Of a stretch of DNA of 64,000 nt, positions 9,927 through 19,339 are shown piece by piece; position 1 is the first letter of the stretch; every line of letters starts with the position of its first letter. Made by a program: the position numbers and the translations under genes. The notes beneath the pieces were generated by a model. It was not told the DNA's origin. It saw only the letters and a program-made list of their open reading frames with translations, and did no database searches. This DNA comes from an uncultured Campylobacterales bacterium (lineage in GTDB: Bacteria; Campylobacterota; Campylobacteria; Campylobacterales; CAZCQG01), in contig CAZCQG010000007.1 of NCBI GenBank assembly GCA_964500775.1, forward strand, positions 2,179-66,178, given 5' to 3'.

Positions 9927-11095
9927 CCGATACTTACCGTATTTCTCCCTTTTTCTTTTGAGGCATAGAGTGCTTCGTCGGCTCTTTTGAAAATACTCTC
10001 TTTGGAGTCTTGTGTTCGCCATTCTGCGATACCGATACTAATCGTCACCGTCCTTTTGATGCCAAAATCGCTCTCTTCAACGTTTTTTCGTATTTTTTCC
10101 GCAAGCATCTGCGCGTTATCTATCTCTGCTTCGGTGGCGATGATGGCAAATTCTTCTCCTCCGATTCTGCAAAACAGGTCACTTTTCCGAATGCTACTCG
10201 CGATTAAAGCGGTGACTTTTTTAAGAATCTCATCCCCGACATCATGACCGTATCTGTCGTTTATCTGTTTAAAATGATCTATATCGAGTAGTAGTAGTGA
10301 AAATTTATATCCGTATCGCTTTCCGCGCTCTATTTCGAGATAGACCTCTTCGTTGTAGACGTTGCGATTGAAGATGCCCGTGAGCGGATCGATCCTAGAG
10401 TGTATTTCGAGATTCTTCCGTACGAGTGAATTGATGAGCCAAATGATGGCGATAATAAGGACGAAATCGGCAAAAAAGACTACGAACATCAGCTGGAACG
10501 TCGACATCTTCGCTTCAGAGAGGGCTTGTGCCATCCCCACGGTTTGATTTGCCATCTCCCAACACCGTTCGCTTTGCAGGACTATCCTCTCTTTGTACGG
10601 AGCCGTGGATGTTTTTTTATTGTCATCGATGTATTTTTTGAGCAAGATCCATTCGCTATGGAGATTTTGGAGCTGCTCCAAAAAGGCATCCATATTTCTA
10701 GCCTGTATCGCGCTCTTGTCCGTATGTAAAAACTCATAGAAATAGGTATCGATTTTTTGAATATCTTGCGATGCATCGATTCCGTTTGTCTCAAGCTTGC
10801 TGATTTTTTGTATGCCTCCGCGAATCATACCGCTGCGGTTGATGATGCGCGCGTCGTCTTCGACCATCGAAATACCGTGATAAGCGATATAGCCGTTCCC
10901 TATGATGATGAGAATATGGAGCGAGACGATGAGTATGAGTCGAAGACTTGGGGTGATTTTTTTACCGATTTTTGCAAGAGCATAGCGCAGTTCTATTTGG
11001 GAGCCGTTCACGAATACCTCAAATTTTTTCCGTAATTGTAGCGCATTAGCGAGAAATCCCCAAGATAAGGAGCGCATCCCTGTATATCGGCTCAT
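9923..11095 (-). CDS. diguanylate cyclase with an N-terminal membrane-bound sensor (PilJ/NIT-like helix)
   Basis: GGDEF domain (RIGGEEFAII, RYGHDVGD); sensor segment IINRSGMIRGGIQKISKL resembles the PilJ/NarX P-box; two TM helices; start overlaps the upstream gene. Confidence 0.85.
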   Translation of the reverse strand: MSRYTGMRSLSWGFLANALQLRKKFEVFVNGSQIELRYALAKIGKKITPSLRLILIVSLHILIIIGNGYIAYHGISMVEDDARIINRSGMIRGGIQKISKLETNGIDASQDIQKIDTYFYEFLHTDKSAIQARNMDAFLEQLQNLHSEWILLKKYIDDNKKTSTAPYKERIVLQSERCWEMANQTVGMAQALSEAKMSTFQLMFVVFFADFVLIIAIIWLINSLVRKNLEIHSRIDPLTGIFNRNVYNEEVYLEIERGKRYGYKFSLLLLDIDHFKQINDRYGHDVGDEILKKVTALIASSIRKSDLFCRIGGEEFAIIATEAEIDNAQMLAEKIRKNVEESDFGIKRTVTISIGIAEWRTQDSKESIFKRADEALYASKEKGRNTVSIG

Positions 11096-11939
11096 CGATA
11101 AATCCGTATCGTTCGTCGCTAAAGCCGCTCTCCCCTAGTAAGTGCGCCCCCTCAAACACCTCTTTGATATATCGCGCTTTTTCTATCTCATCCTCGCTAT
11201 GGCCAAATACCGAGTTGGCTATTTCTACTTGGTTTGGCGCGATGCACCCTTGCCCTGCCATACCCGATGCTTTCGATATGCGACACCATTCTTCGTAGTC
11301 GATGCTGTTTGTATACTCTTGATAGGTAAAAGAGACGGGTATCGCTCCGCTTGTTCTGCATTTGAGTACGAATCTTGAAAGGATGTATCGTGTCGTAGGG
11401 TTGTCAAAGGCGAGCATCGATTGGGGCAATCCAAGATCGGCGTAGAGATCGAGGATTCCCAAATAGAGTACTTTCACTCTTGGGTGCGAGGCAAATACGG
11501 CGATATTTTCAAACGCCTCTTTTGTCTCGATAGTGAGGTAAATATCTACCGAAGTGTCGCTCACAAAAAGCGCCTCTTCGAGCTGTCGCAGATTCTTAAG
11601 CTTTGGAATCCTAAAAGCATCGGGCTTATATGGTTTAAGTGCGCGTATCTCTTCTAGACCGCCGCTATCGATGTCGTTTACCCTCACGGCTATTTTTGCG
11701 TAGGAGCGTTTGAGATGGGATAGAAATACTTTTGTAAGTTGCAAAGCATAATCTTTATTTGCAATGCCGTCTTCGAGGTTGATAGTCGCTACGTCGGCTT
11801 TGAGTTCATCGAGTTTATTGAGATGCTTTGGGTTGTCTCCACGCACCATGAGATTTGAGCGATAGAGGTTTGAGGCAGGAGGCTCTCTTTTTGTTTCTTT
11901 TGGATTTGGCAGTTGGTGTAGCTCTTGAAAAATCATCAC
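11046..11939 (-). CDS. HpcH/HpaI aldolase / citrate-lyase beta (CitE)-like protein
   Basis: 297 aa; overall resemblance to CitE/malyl-CoA lyase family (INLEDGIA, TIETKEAFENI segments). Family-level call only. Confidence 0.7.
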   Translation of the reverse strand: MMIFQELHQLPNPKETKREPPASNLYRSNLMVRGDNPKHLNKLDELKADVATINLEDGIANKDYALQLTKVFLSHLKRSYAKIAVRVNDIDSGGLEEIRALKPYKPDAFRIPKLKNLRQLEEALFVSDTSVDIYLTIETKEAFENIAVFASHPRVKVLYLGILDLYADLGLPQSMLAFDNPTTRYILSRFVLKCRTSGAIPVSFTYQEYTNSIDYEEWCRISKASGMAGQGCIAPNQVEIANSVFGHSEDEIEKARYIKEVFEGAHLLGESGFSDERYGFIDEPIYRDALLILGISR

Positions 11940-11998
11940 CCCTCCATATTGTTTAGGTAAAGGCGTGATTATAGCATCAAGGGTATAAACGTATCTTT

Positions 11999-12015
11999 CC
12001 CCCGAATCTCGGGGG
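11999..12015 (-). terminator. GC-rich hairpin just downstream of acs
   Basis: CCCCCGA-ATC-TCGGGGG, 7-bp stem, 9 nt after the acs stop; no clear U-tract. Confidence 0.4.
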
Positions 12016-12023
12016 CTTAGATA

Positions 12024-13991
12024 CTAGAGTACGCAGGTTTGTATTTTTGCGACGATACTCGGGTCTTCGAGAGTGGAGGTGTCTTGATTGATCGCTTCCC
12101 CTTTTGCGATGGAGCGTAAGATTCTTCGCATAATCTTACCGCTTCTTGTTTTCGGGAGACCGGGGACGAATTTTATATCATCTGCCTTTGCGATCGGTCC
12201 TATCTCTTTTGTGATGACTTGGTTTATCTCTTTATAGAGCTCCACTTCCTCTGCAGCATTGTCTTTGACTTCAGGTTTGAGTACGACGTATGCAAATACC
12301 GATTCCCCTTTGAGATCGTTTGGTTTGCCTACTACGGCGACTTCGGCTACGCTTGGGTGCTTGGCGATGGCTGATTCTATCTCCGCCGTACCCATTCTAT
12401 GACCGCTTACGTTGATGACGTCATCTACCCGTCCCGTGATAGTGATGTAGCCGTCTTCGTCGTATATCGCTCCATCTCCGGAGAAGTATACGGGTTTTCC
12501 GTCTTTTTTGCACGTACCGAAATAGCTACTTTGGTATCGCTCGGGATCACCCCAAATGTTTCGAATCATACTTGGCCAAGGCTTGGTGATGCAGAGATAC
12601 CCTTTTTCATCGATCGCTTTTGGATTCCCTTCTTCGTCGATGATCTCCGCGATGATACCCGGTAGCGGCATCGTAGCACACCCAGGTTTGATAGGAGTGG
12701 CTCCGGGGAGCGGGCTAATCATATGTCCGCCCGTTTCGGTTTGCCACCAAGTATCCACGATAGAGCATCTGCCGCCGCCGATTTCGTTGTAGTACCACAT
12801 CCATGCATCAGGGTTGATAGGCTCCCCTACGGTACCGAGAATCTTGAGTGAAGAGAGATCGTATTTCGCGGGCTCCTCTTTTCCTTCTTTGTGGAGTAAT
12901 CGAATAGCTGTCGGCGCAGTGTAGAATTGATTGACCTTGTACTCCTCTATCATTCTCCACCATCGACCCGCATCGGGATAAGTAGGCACCCCTTCAAACA
13001 TTACCGTCGTAGCACCGCACGCCAACGGACCGTAAACGATATAGGTGTGTCCGGTGATCCAACCCACGTCCGCAGTACACCAATAGGTGTCGTTCTCTTT
13101 CATATCAAACACCCATTCCATTGTGGTTTGTGCCCAAAGGATGTAGCCTGCTTGGTTGTGTTGCACCCCTTTTGGTTTCCCTGTAGAACCTGAAGTATAA
13201 AGCAAGAAGAGCGGGTCTTCGCTATCCATTGCTTCGGGCTCGCAATAGGGTTTTTCTAGCCCAACAAGCTCTTCATAAAGATAGTCACGTCCCGGAACAT
13301 AGTTTATCTCTTGTTTATTTCTCGTCACGATGAGTACTTTTTTAACCGAATCACAGTCCTTGGAGAGCGCCTCGTCTACGACGTGTTTAAGCATATACGG
13401 TTTTCCGCGTCTAAATGCACCGTCAGCGGTGATGACGAGTTTCGCTTGGGCGTCGATGATCCTATCGCGCAACGCTTCGGCACTAAAACCGCCGAAAACC
13501 ACCGAGTGGATAGCGCCAATTCTCGCGCATGCGAGCATCACAAACGCTGCTTCGGGAATCATAGGCATATAGATAACGACCCTATCCCCTTTTTTGATGT
13601 CGAATTTATTTTTGAGCATATTTGCGGTTTTGTTTACTTCGTAATAGAGTTCGCGATACGTAATGACTTGTTTGTCTCCGAGTTCCCCTTCGAAGATAAT
13701 CGCCGCTTTGTTTTTTCTCGATTCTAGGTGTCTATCGATACATTGTACGGAGACGTTCATTTTTCCGCCGTTGAACCACTTGTAAAACGGAGCGTTGCTC
13801 TCATCAAGTACGGTGTGGTACGGCGTCATCCAACTTATCTTCTCATCCGCCAATTTTGCCCAAAAGCCTTCATAATCTTCAGAGGCTTGCAGTGCAAGCT
13901 CTTTATATTCACACATATTTTTTATATTTGCCTCTTTGGCAAAAGCCCTATTTGGCTCAAAAATCGGTTTTTTGTGTAGTTCGCTCATCAA
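12024..13991 (-). CDS. acs: acetyl-CoA synthetase
   Basis: AMP-binding motif [20 protein letters not shown]-terminal SGKIMRR; 655 aa. Confidence 0.97.
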   Translation of the reverse strand: MMSELHKKPIFEPNRAFAKEANIKNMCEYKELALQASEDYEGFWAKLADEKISWMTPYHTVLDESNAPFYKWFNGGKMNVSVQCIDRHLESRKNKAAIIFEGELGDKQVITYRELYYEVNKTANMLKNKFDIKKGDRVVIYMPMIPEAAFVMLACARIGAIHSVVFGGFSAEALRDRIIDAQAKLVITADGAFRRGKPYMLKHVVDEALSKDCDSVKKVLIVTRNKQEINYVPGRDYLYEELVGLEKPYCEPEAMDSEDPLFLLYTSGSTGKPKGVQHNQAGYILWAQTTMEWVFDMKENDTYWCTADVGWITGHTYIVYGPLACGATTVMFEGVPTYPDAGRWWRMIEEYKVNQFYTAPTAIRLLHKEGKEEPAKYDLSSLKILGTVGEPINPDAWMWYYNEIGGGRCSIVDTWWQTETGGHMISPLPGATPIKPGCATMPLPGIIAEIIDEEGNPKAIDEKGYLCITKPWPSMIRNIWGDPERYQSSYFGTCKKDGKPVYFSGDGAIYDEDGYITITGRVDDVINVSGHRMGTAEIESAIAKHPSVAEVAVVGKPNDLKGESVFAYVVLKPEVKDNAAEEVELYKEINQVITKEIGPIAKADDIKFVPGLPKTRSGKIMRRILRSIAKGEAINQDTSTLEDPSIVAKIQTCVL

Positions 13992-14048
13992 ATCTCCTTT
14001 GTGTTATCTTTATCAAAAGATTAGTTGTAGTTTCGCTAAAAACCACAA

Positions 14049-14666
14049 CTAAGCTCTCAAACTCTTTACGCTCTGTAACTTCACATACATCATCGCAGTC
14101 ATTAGCGCGTCGTTATATGCACTATGTTTTCCTAAAGAGGGTATCTTTAAATCCTCCATTATAGTATCAAACCTGAGGTCAATATTTCCTTGCGGAATTA
14201 GTTCTATTTTCTTATCGTAATAGAGAGCCGATAGCTCTATCGCCTTGTTAGGCAGGGCAAAGCCGAAAAGGGGTTTGATTGTTTTGTTGATCATCGCGAT
14301 GTCAAACTCCAAATAATATCCTAGTAAAGGGCGATTTCCTATAAAGTCTAAAAACAGCTCCATCGCATCTTTTTTTTCCATCCCCTCTTTGAGGTCTATT
14401 TCGCGTATATGGTGAATTTTTATACTCTCACTACTCACCTCTCTCTCCGTTTTTATGAGGATACTTAGTTTTTGACTCGCTAGAATCTTATTTCCTTTGA
14501 TTTTGATAGCCCCTATGGATATGATCTCGTCTTCTTTGGGATTGAGACCCGTCGTCTCACAGTCGAAGCTGACTACTTCCTCGCCTCTGTATTTTTCAAA
14601 AAGGGCTTTATGCTTCTCTTCTTTTATCCTCCTTTTGTAGTAGAGATTCCTAAGCGTATTGACCAT
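14049..14666 (-). CDS. DEDDh 3'-5' exonuclease (DnaQ/epsilon-like), copy 1
   Basis: ExoI FDCETTGL, ExoII-like YYLEFDIAMIN, ExoIII HSAYNDA; ATG abuts the stop of the upstream DUF294 gene (TAAATG). Confidence 0.85.
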   Translation of the reverse strand: MVNTLRNLYYKRRIKEEKHKALFEKYRGEEVVSFDCETTGLNPKEDEIISIGAIKIKGNKILASQKLSILIKTEREVSSESIKIHHIREIDLKEGMEKKDAMELFLDFIGNRPLLGYYLEFDIAMINKTIKPLFGFALPNKAIELSALYYDKKIELIPQGNIDLRFDTIMEDLKIPSLGKHSAYNDALMTAMMYVKLQSVKSLRA

Positions 14667-16496
14667 TTAGCTCACCATATTGAGTTTAAAATGGTATGTG
14701 ACGTATTTTTTGAACCTATCGACTATCTTAAAAACATCCCGCAATAAATCTCGCTCAAACTTGCTTATCTCGCTCGGGTTGATGTAGTTGTCCGCATCGT
14801 GTTTGAGTGAGATCATATTGAGTTGGTGTTGGAGTCGCAACGTCAATAAAAAAGTAAACGCTTCAATGAGCTCGGTGGAGAAGATCCTCTCAAGTATTCC
14901 CATATTATTGAGTTCTTTGATTCTTTCGATGGTGTTAGTGCTTTTGCATTTTTTTTCTAATGCCAAACTTCTGATGCCGTGTACGATGGGGAAAATCGCC
15001 CCTTTTTTGATGTCAAGCTTGTCTTTGTGTTGGTCTTTTTCGGTGACAAAGTTGGAAAATAGAGACAAAGGGGTCTCAAAAATAATCGTAGCTTTCGCGA
15101 AATGTGCGAAAAATCCTTTGTTGTCGTCTATATAGGGGTAGATCTTCTCTTTGAGATCATCCAAAAGACTCTTCTCGCCTGCGACAAAAGAGGCATCGAA
15201 TAAAATTGCCAGATTCATAATATTGTTCCCGCTTGGATCTGCTATCCACGTGGCGATGTCTTGATGAAAGCTTTTTTGATCTTTGCGCCATAGCGGATTG
15301 TTTATCATAATACCGCCGCTACAAGCAGGGAATCCAAAATCAATTAAAGCGGCGTTGAATTTGTTCGCAAAATTCTCAATGTCTGCATAATTGTAGCCGT
15401 CTTTGATGATGAGTGCATTATCTTGATCGGTGCGAAGCGTTTGCTCTTTTCTCCCCTCGCTACCTAGGACGATGAGTGCCGAGTTGTCGATAAGCTCTTT
15501 TGGCGCAAGCAACTCAAAGAGCCGCTTATAAATTTTTGCGTTGAGATCGGAGAGGAGTTTGGTGATATGGCGCACCTTTACGCCGTGTTGCTGCAGTGAT
15601 TTGATGAGGTAGATGATATTGCTGCTCGCCACTTTGAGTTCATCGAGATTCTTCGCTCGTAAGATTTGCATATTTGAGAGATGCGCTTTTGAGGAGACGG
15701 CGCTTAGGAGATCCACCTGCTCCAAAATGCCTATAATATCTCCCCCTTCGGTTACCGCAAGACGCTGAATGTTGTTCTCTATCAAGAGCAAAAGAGCGTT
15801 AAATAAAAAATCCGACGCTTTGACGCTTATGAGTTTTTTTATCGCGATAGAGCCTATGGGCGCATCGTAATCTCTATTTTGGAGTATCACCTTTTCTCTC
15901 AAATCGGTATTCGTAACGATACCGAAACCTCCGTCGTCAAAGGAGACGATCAGCGAATCGCTCCCGTTTGCGGACATAATCTTTACTCCTGAAAGTATCG
16001 ATTCTCTTTCGTTGATAAAAAAGGGATCACGTAGGTGGATGTCCTCGACTTTTGTCGCCATAAAAGTCGCCGCTTCTTTATTCGAATCCCGCTCCAATAA
16101 TGCGTGCATTTTTTTTGAGATGTCGGCGAGATAATAGCTTTCAAATGCGCTATCGGTTTGTAGTAGTTTGGTAAAAAACTCTTTTTTTATACAGAAACAG
16201 ATCGCCTCTTCGGCGCAAATATATCCGTTTATATACTTGTTTTGGAGTATGGAGGCGGCATCGAAACTATCTTTTTTAGTCAAGATTCCGACGTTATCTT
16301 CGGCATCTATCTCTTTGATGGCACCTTTGCCTATGATGACGTAGTATTCGGGCTCGCTCCCGATTTTTGCAACCGTATCGTTTTTTTTGAAATATAGAAT
16401 GTCGAGGTTGGATAATGTTTCTTCAAACACGCTGCCGTGTAAAGTATTAAAAGGTTCAATAGATGATAGAAAACTTCTATAGTCTAGTGTTTCCAA
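14667..16496 (-). CDS. cNMP-binding / CBS-pair / DUF294-type nucleotidyltransferase signalling protein, copy 1
   Basis: cNMP-binding-like N-terminus, CBS region, pol-beta NTase motif GSEGRKEQTLRTDQDNA, C-terminal helical substrate-binding region; TTG start. Confidence 0.8.
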   Translation of the reverse strand: METLDYRSFLSSIEPFNTLHGSVFEETLSNLDILYFKKNDTVAKIGSEPEYYVIIGKGAIKEIDAEDNVGILTKKDSFDAASILQNKYINGYICAEEAICFCIKKEFFTKLLQTDSAFESYYLADISKKMHALLERDSNKEAATFMATKVEDIHLRDPFFINERESILSGVKIMSANGSDSLIVSFDDGGFGIVTNTDLREKVILQNRDYDAPIGSIAIKKLISVKASDFLFNALLLLIENNIQRLAVTEGGDIIGILEQVDLLSAVSSKAHLSNMQILRAKNLDELKVASSNIIYLIKSLQQHGVKVRHITKLLSDLNAKIYKRLFELLAPKELIDNSALIVLGSEGRKEQTLRTDQDNALIIKDGYNYADIENFANKFNAALIDFGFPACSGGIMINNPLWRKDQKSFHQDIATWIADPSGNNIMNLAILFDASFVAGEKSLLDDLKEKIYPYIDDNKGFFAHFAKATIIFETPLSLFSNFVTEKDQHKDKLDIKKGAIFPIVHGIRSLALEKKCKSTNTIERIKELNNMGILERIFSTELIEAFTFLLTLRLQHQLNMISLKHDADNYINPSEISKFERDLLRDVFKIVDRFKKYVTYHFKLNMVS

Positions 16497-16624
16497 AAAA
16501 ATAGTCTCCGCATTTCTATTAGTATTTCTTATTCTATTTTTACTTCATAGCATAAGCGTAGCAAACTAAAAATACCGCAATAAAAAAGGTGAAAAATGTA
16601 GATCGTGTGTAGAATCTAAACATT

Positions 16625-16648
16625 ATTCACGAGGAAACCCTCGTGAAT
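16625..16648 (-). terminator. perfect 10-bp hairpin immediately after actP
   Basis: ATTCACGAGG-AAAC-CCTCGTGAAT, 2 nt after the actP stop; weak U-tract, so it could be a terminator, attenuator or processing site. Confidence 0.5.
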
Positions 16649-16650
16649 AC

Positions 16651-18309
16651 TTAATGCGAGGATGCCCCCTCTGCTCCGATACCTGTTTGAGAACGGACAT
16701 ATTGTGCTTCGAAATCATCTTTCTCTTTTTGTGCGTTATCACTCTTATCCGTGATAGAAAATAGCCAAATACCGACAAACGCTACGGTGACCGAGAACAG
16801 CGCAGGGTATTTGTACGGGAACGGAGCCGAACCTGCAGGATTGCCCATAACCGCTTCCCAGACCGTCGGGCTTAGGATAACGAGTATTACCGCCGTTGCA
16901 AGACCCAAGCTACCGCCGATAACTGCACCTCTTGTGGTGAGCTTGCTCCAAAACATCGAAAGGAAAAGAATCGGAAAGTTTGCAGATGCCGCGATAGCAA
17001 ATGCAAGCCCCACCATAAAGGCGATGTTTTGCTTTTCAAACGCGATTCCGAGGAATATCGCGATAATACCTAGTGCAACCGTAGTGATTTTAGAAACTCT
17101 CACTTCGCTCATCTCATCCGCCTCACCTTTTTTTAGGACGCTTGCATATAAGTCGTGTGAAATAGCGGAAGCACCTGCGAGTGTGAGTCCTGATACAACA
17201 GCCAAAATAGTCGCAAACGCAACCGCGGATATGAATCCAAGGAACATACTTCCCCCTACCGCGTCCGCTAAATGGATAGCTGCCATATTGTTTCCGCCCA
17301 TTATTTTGCCTGCCGCATCAAGATATGCGGGGTTTTGTGACACAAGGACGATAGCGCCGAAGCCGATAACAAACGTCAAGATATAGAAATATCCGATAAA
17401 GCCCGTCGCATAGAAGACAGATTTTCTCGCCTCTTTTGCATCCGCAACGGTAAAAAATCTCATAAGGATATGCGGAAGTCCCGCCGTACCGAACATAAGC
17501 GCGATACCGAGCGAGATAGCCGAGATAGGATCGCTCACCAAGCCTCCGGGAGCCATAATAGAATCGCCACCCGTATGTGTTTCTATTGCTTTTGTAAAGA
17601 GCGTCTCAAGGCTGAAGCCCATCATATAGAGTACCGCCAAAGCCATAAACGTAGCACCCGAGAGGAGGAGTACGGCTTTGATGATTTGTACCCAAGTGGT
17701 CGCTAGCATTCCGCCGAATGTGACGTAGAGAATCATAAGTACCCCGACGATAACGACCGCATATTCGTACGGCAGACCGAAAAGGAGTTGGATAAGTTTT
17801 CCCGCACCTACCATTTGCGCGATGAGGTAGAGGATGACCGTGGCGATAGAGCCAAGTGCCGCCAATGTTCTAATAGGCATTTGTCTTAGTCTATAGCTTG
17901 CGACATCGGCAAAGGTATATTTACCGAGATTTCGAAGTTGCTCGGCTATGAGGAAGAGGATGATAGGCCATCCGACTAGGAAACCTATGGAATATATAAG
18001 ACCATCGTATCCTTTGAGGTATACGAGACCTGAAATTCCCAAAAAGCTTGCCGCAGACATATAGTCGCCCGCGATTGCCAAGCCGTTTTGAAAGCCGGTG
18101 ATTCCGCCGCCGGCAGTATAGAAATCTTTTGCCGTTTTTGTTCTTTTGGCTGACCAGTAGGTGATCCCGAGTGTCGCAGCGACAAAGAGAAGGAACATAA
18201 TGATAGCCGAGGAGTTCACCTCTTGTTTTTGTACTTCGCCGCTGATGGCATCTGCCCCGAAGGCAAACGTGGCAAGAAAAATAAGTGCTAGCGTAACAAT
18301 ACTTTTCAT
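16651..18309 (-). CDS. actP: cation/acetate symporter (SSS family)
   Basis: 552 aa, about 14 TM helices, preceded by a DUF485 gene as in yjcH-actP. Confidence 0.92.
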   Translation of the reverse strand: MKSIVTLALIFLATFAFGADAISGEVQKQEVNSSAIIMFLLFVAATLGITYWSAKRTKTAKDFYTAGGGITGFQNGLAIAGDYMSAASFLGISGLVYLKGYDGLIYSIGFLVGWPIILFLIAEQLRNLGKYTFADVASYRLRQMPIRTLAALGSIATVILYLIAQMVGAGKLIQLLFGLPYEYAVVIVGVLMILYVTFGGMLATTWVQIIKAVLLLSGATFMALAVLYMMGFSLETLFTKAIETHTGGDSIMAPGGLVSDPISAISLGIALMFGTAGLPHILMRFFTVADAKEARKSVFYATGFIGYFYILTFVIGFGAIVLVSQNPAYLDAAGKIMGGNNMAAIHLADAVGGSMFLGFISAVAFATILAVVSGLTLAGASAISHDLYASVLKKGEADEMSEVRVSKITTVALGIIAIFLGIAFEKQNIAFMVGLAFAIAASANFPILFLSMFWSKLTTRGAVIGGSLGLATAVILVILSPTVWEAVMGNPAGSAPFPYKYPALFSVTVAFVGIWLFSITDKSDNAQKEKDDFEAQYVRSQTGIGAEGASSH

Positions 18310-18312
18310 CCC

Positions 18313-18618
18313 TTACTCCTTTATACTTTGTTTGATATTGTGGGTGAGTTCGTCAAATTCGGTATTGGCTCTTTTGACATAAATGCCCGTCAAGGCGAAT
18401 GCAAATATGATTACCCCGATACCTACGGGAATCCCTAGTGTAATCACTCCGCTGATTTTCGCCGCAAATAGGCTCGGGGCGAAAGCGATAATAAGTATAA
18501 ATAGGTAATAAACTACCAACATAGCAATCGATAGTTGCCATGCAAACTTGCTTCTTTTTGTAACAAGTTCATTGAATTTCGGGTTGCTTTTGATCTTAGC
18601 AACAAGCGCTTTATCCAT
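18313..18618 (-). CDS. DUF485 (YjcH-like) inner membrane protein
   Basis: Two-TM protein directly upstream of actP; start set at MDKALV, preceded by AAGGAG. Confidence 0.85.
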   Translation of the reverse strand: MDKALVAKIKSNPKFNELVTKRSKFAWQLSIAMLVVYYLFILIIAFAPSLFAAKISGVITLGIPVGIGVIIFAFALTGIYVKRANTEFDELTHNIKQSIKE

Positions 18619-18721
18619 GTTCACTCCTTGTAATATTATTGACACGAAGCTATTGTATGGGATGAAAATAGCGTGAATATAGCAATGGAGAAATAGTCGT
18701 ATTTAAGCGTAAAAAAAAGAT

Positions 18722-19339
18722 TTATGTGGGAAGTTTTGAAACATTTTGAAGTTTTATGTACATAAGCGCGGTCATAATAGCATCATTGAGCGCATCGTGC
18801 TTTCCCAAAACAGGGAGGTTGAGATCTTTTAGGATCGAATCAAACCGCAGATCTACGATTCCTTGGGGAATGAAGCCGATTTTTTTATCGTGATAGATCG
18901 CCGAAACCTCTATTTGTTTATTGGGCAGAGTGATGCCGAGTCTCTTCTTGAGGTATTTATTGATCATCGCTATGTCAAACTCTAGATAGTAGCCCACAAG
19001 CGTTCTATTGCCGATAAATTCCAAGAAGTCTTCCAATACTCCATCTAGCTCTTCGGCATCATGCAAATCACACTCCCGTATCATATGCACCTTGATGCTT
19101 GTCTCGTTGAGCTTCCCTTTGGGTTTTACAAATCGTTGGAATTTACTTTCGCTTAGGATTCTGTTTCCCCGCACTTTTACCGCGCCGATAGAGATAATAT
19201 CGTCCTTTTTGGGATCCAATCCCGTAGTCTCCGTGTCAAAAACCACCACTTCATCCCCGTCATAAGGTGCAAAAAGGTAGTCGTATTTTGGATCGGTGAG
19301 TTTGCGTCTATTGAGCCGACGTGCAAATTTTTCAAACAT
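18722..19339 (-). CDS. DEDDh 3'-5' exonuclease (DnaQ/epsilon-like), copy 2
   Basis: FDTETTGL, YYLEFDIAMIN, HDALNDA; ATG at 19339 overlaps the upstream stop (ATGTTTGA). Confidence 0.85.
   Translation of the reverse strand: MFEKFARRLNRRKLTDPKYDYLFAPYDGDEVVVFDTETTGLDPKKDDIISIGAVKVRGNRILSESKFQRFVKPKGKLNETSIKVHMIRECDLHDAEELDGVLEDFLEFIGNRTLVGYYLEFDIAMINKYLKKRLGITLPNKQIEVSAIYHDKKIGFIPQGIVDLRFDSILKDLNLPVLGKHDALNDAIMTALMYIKLQNVSKLPT

Noticed and set aside
16751-17386. 211-aa plus-strand ORF inside actP, and similar shadow ORFs inside acs, the symporter gene, ftsH, the paralogs and the glucan phosphorylase gene
   Set aside because: They are antisense to strongly supported genes, their composition mirrors the opposite-strand codon bias, and no motifs are recognised.
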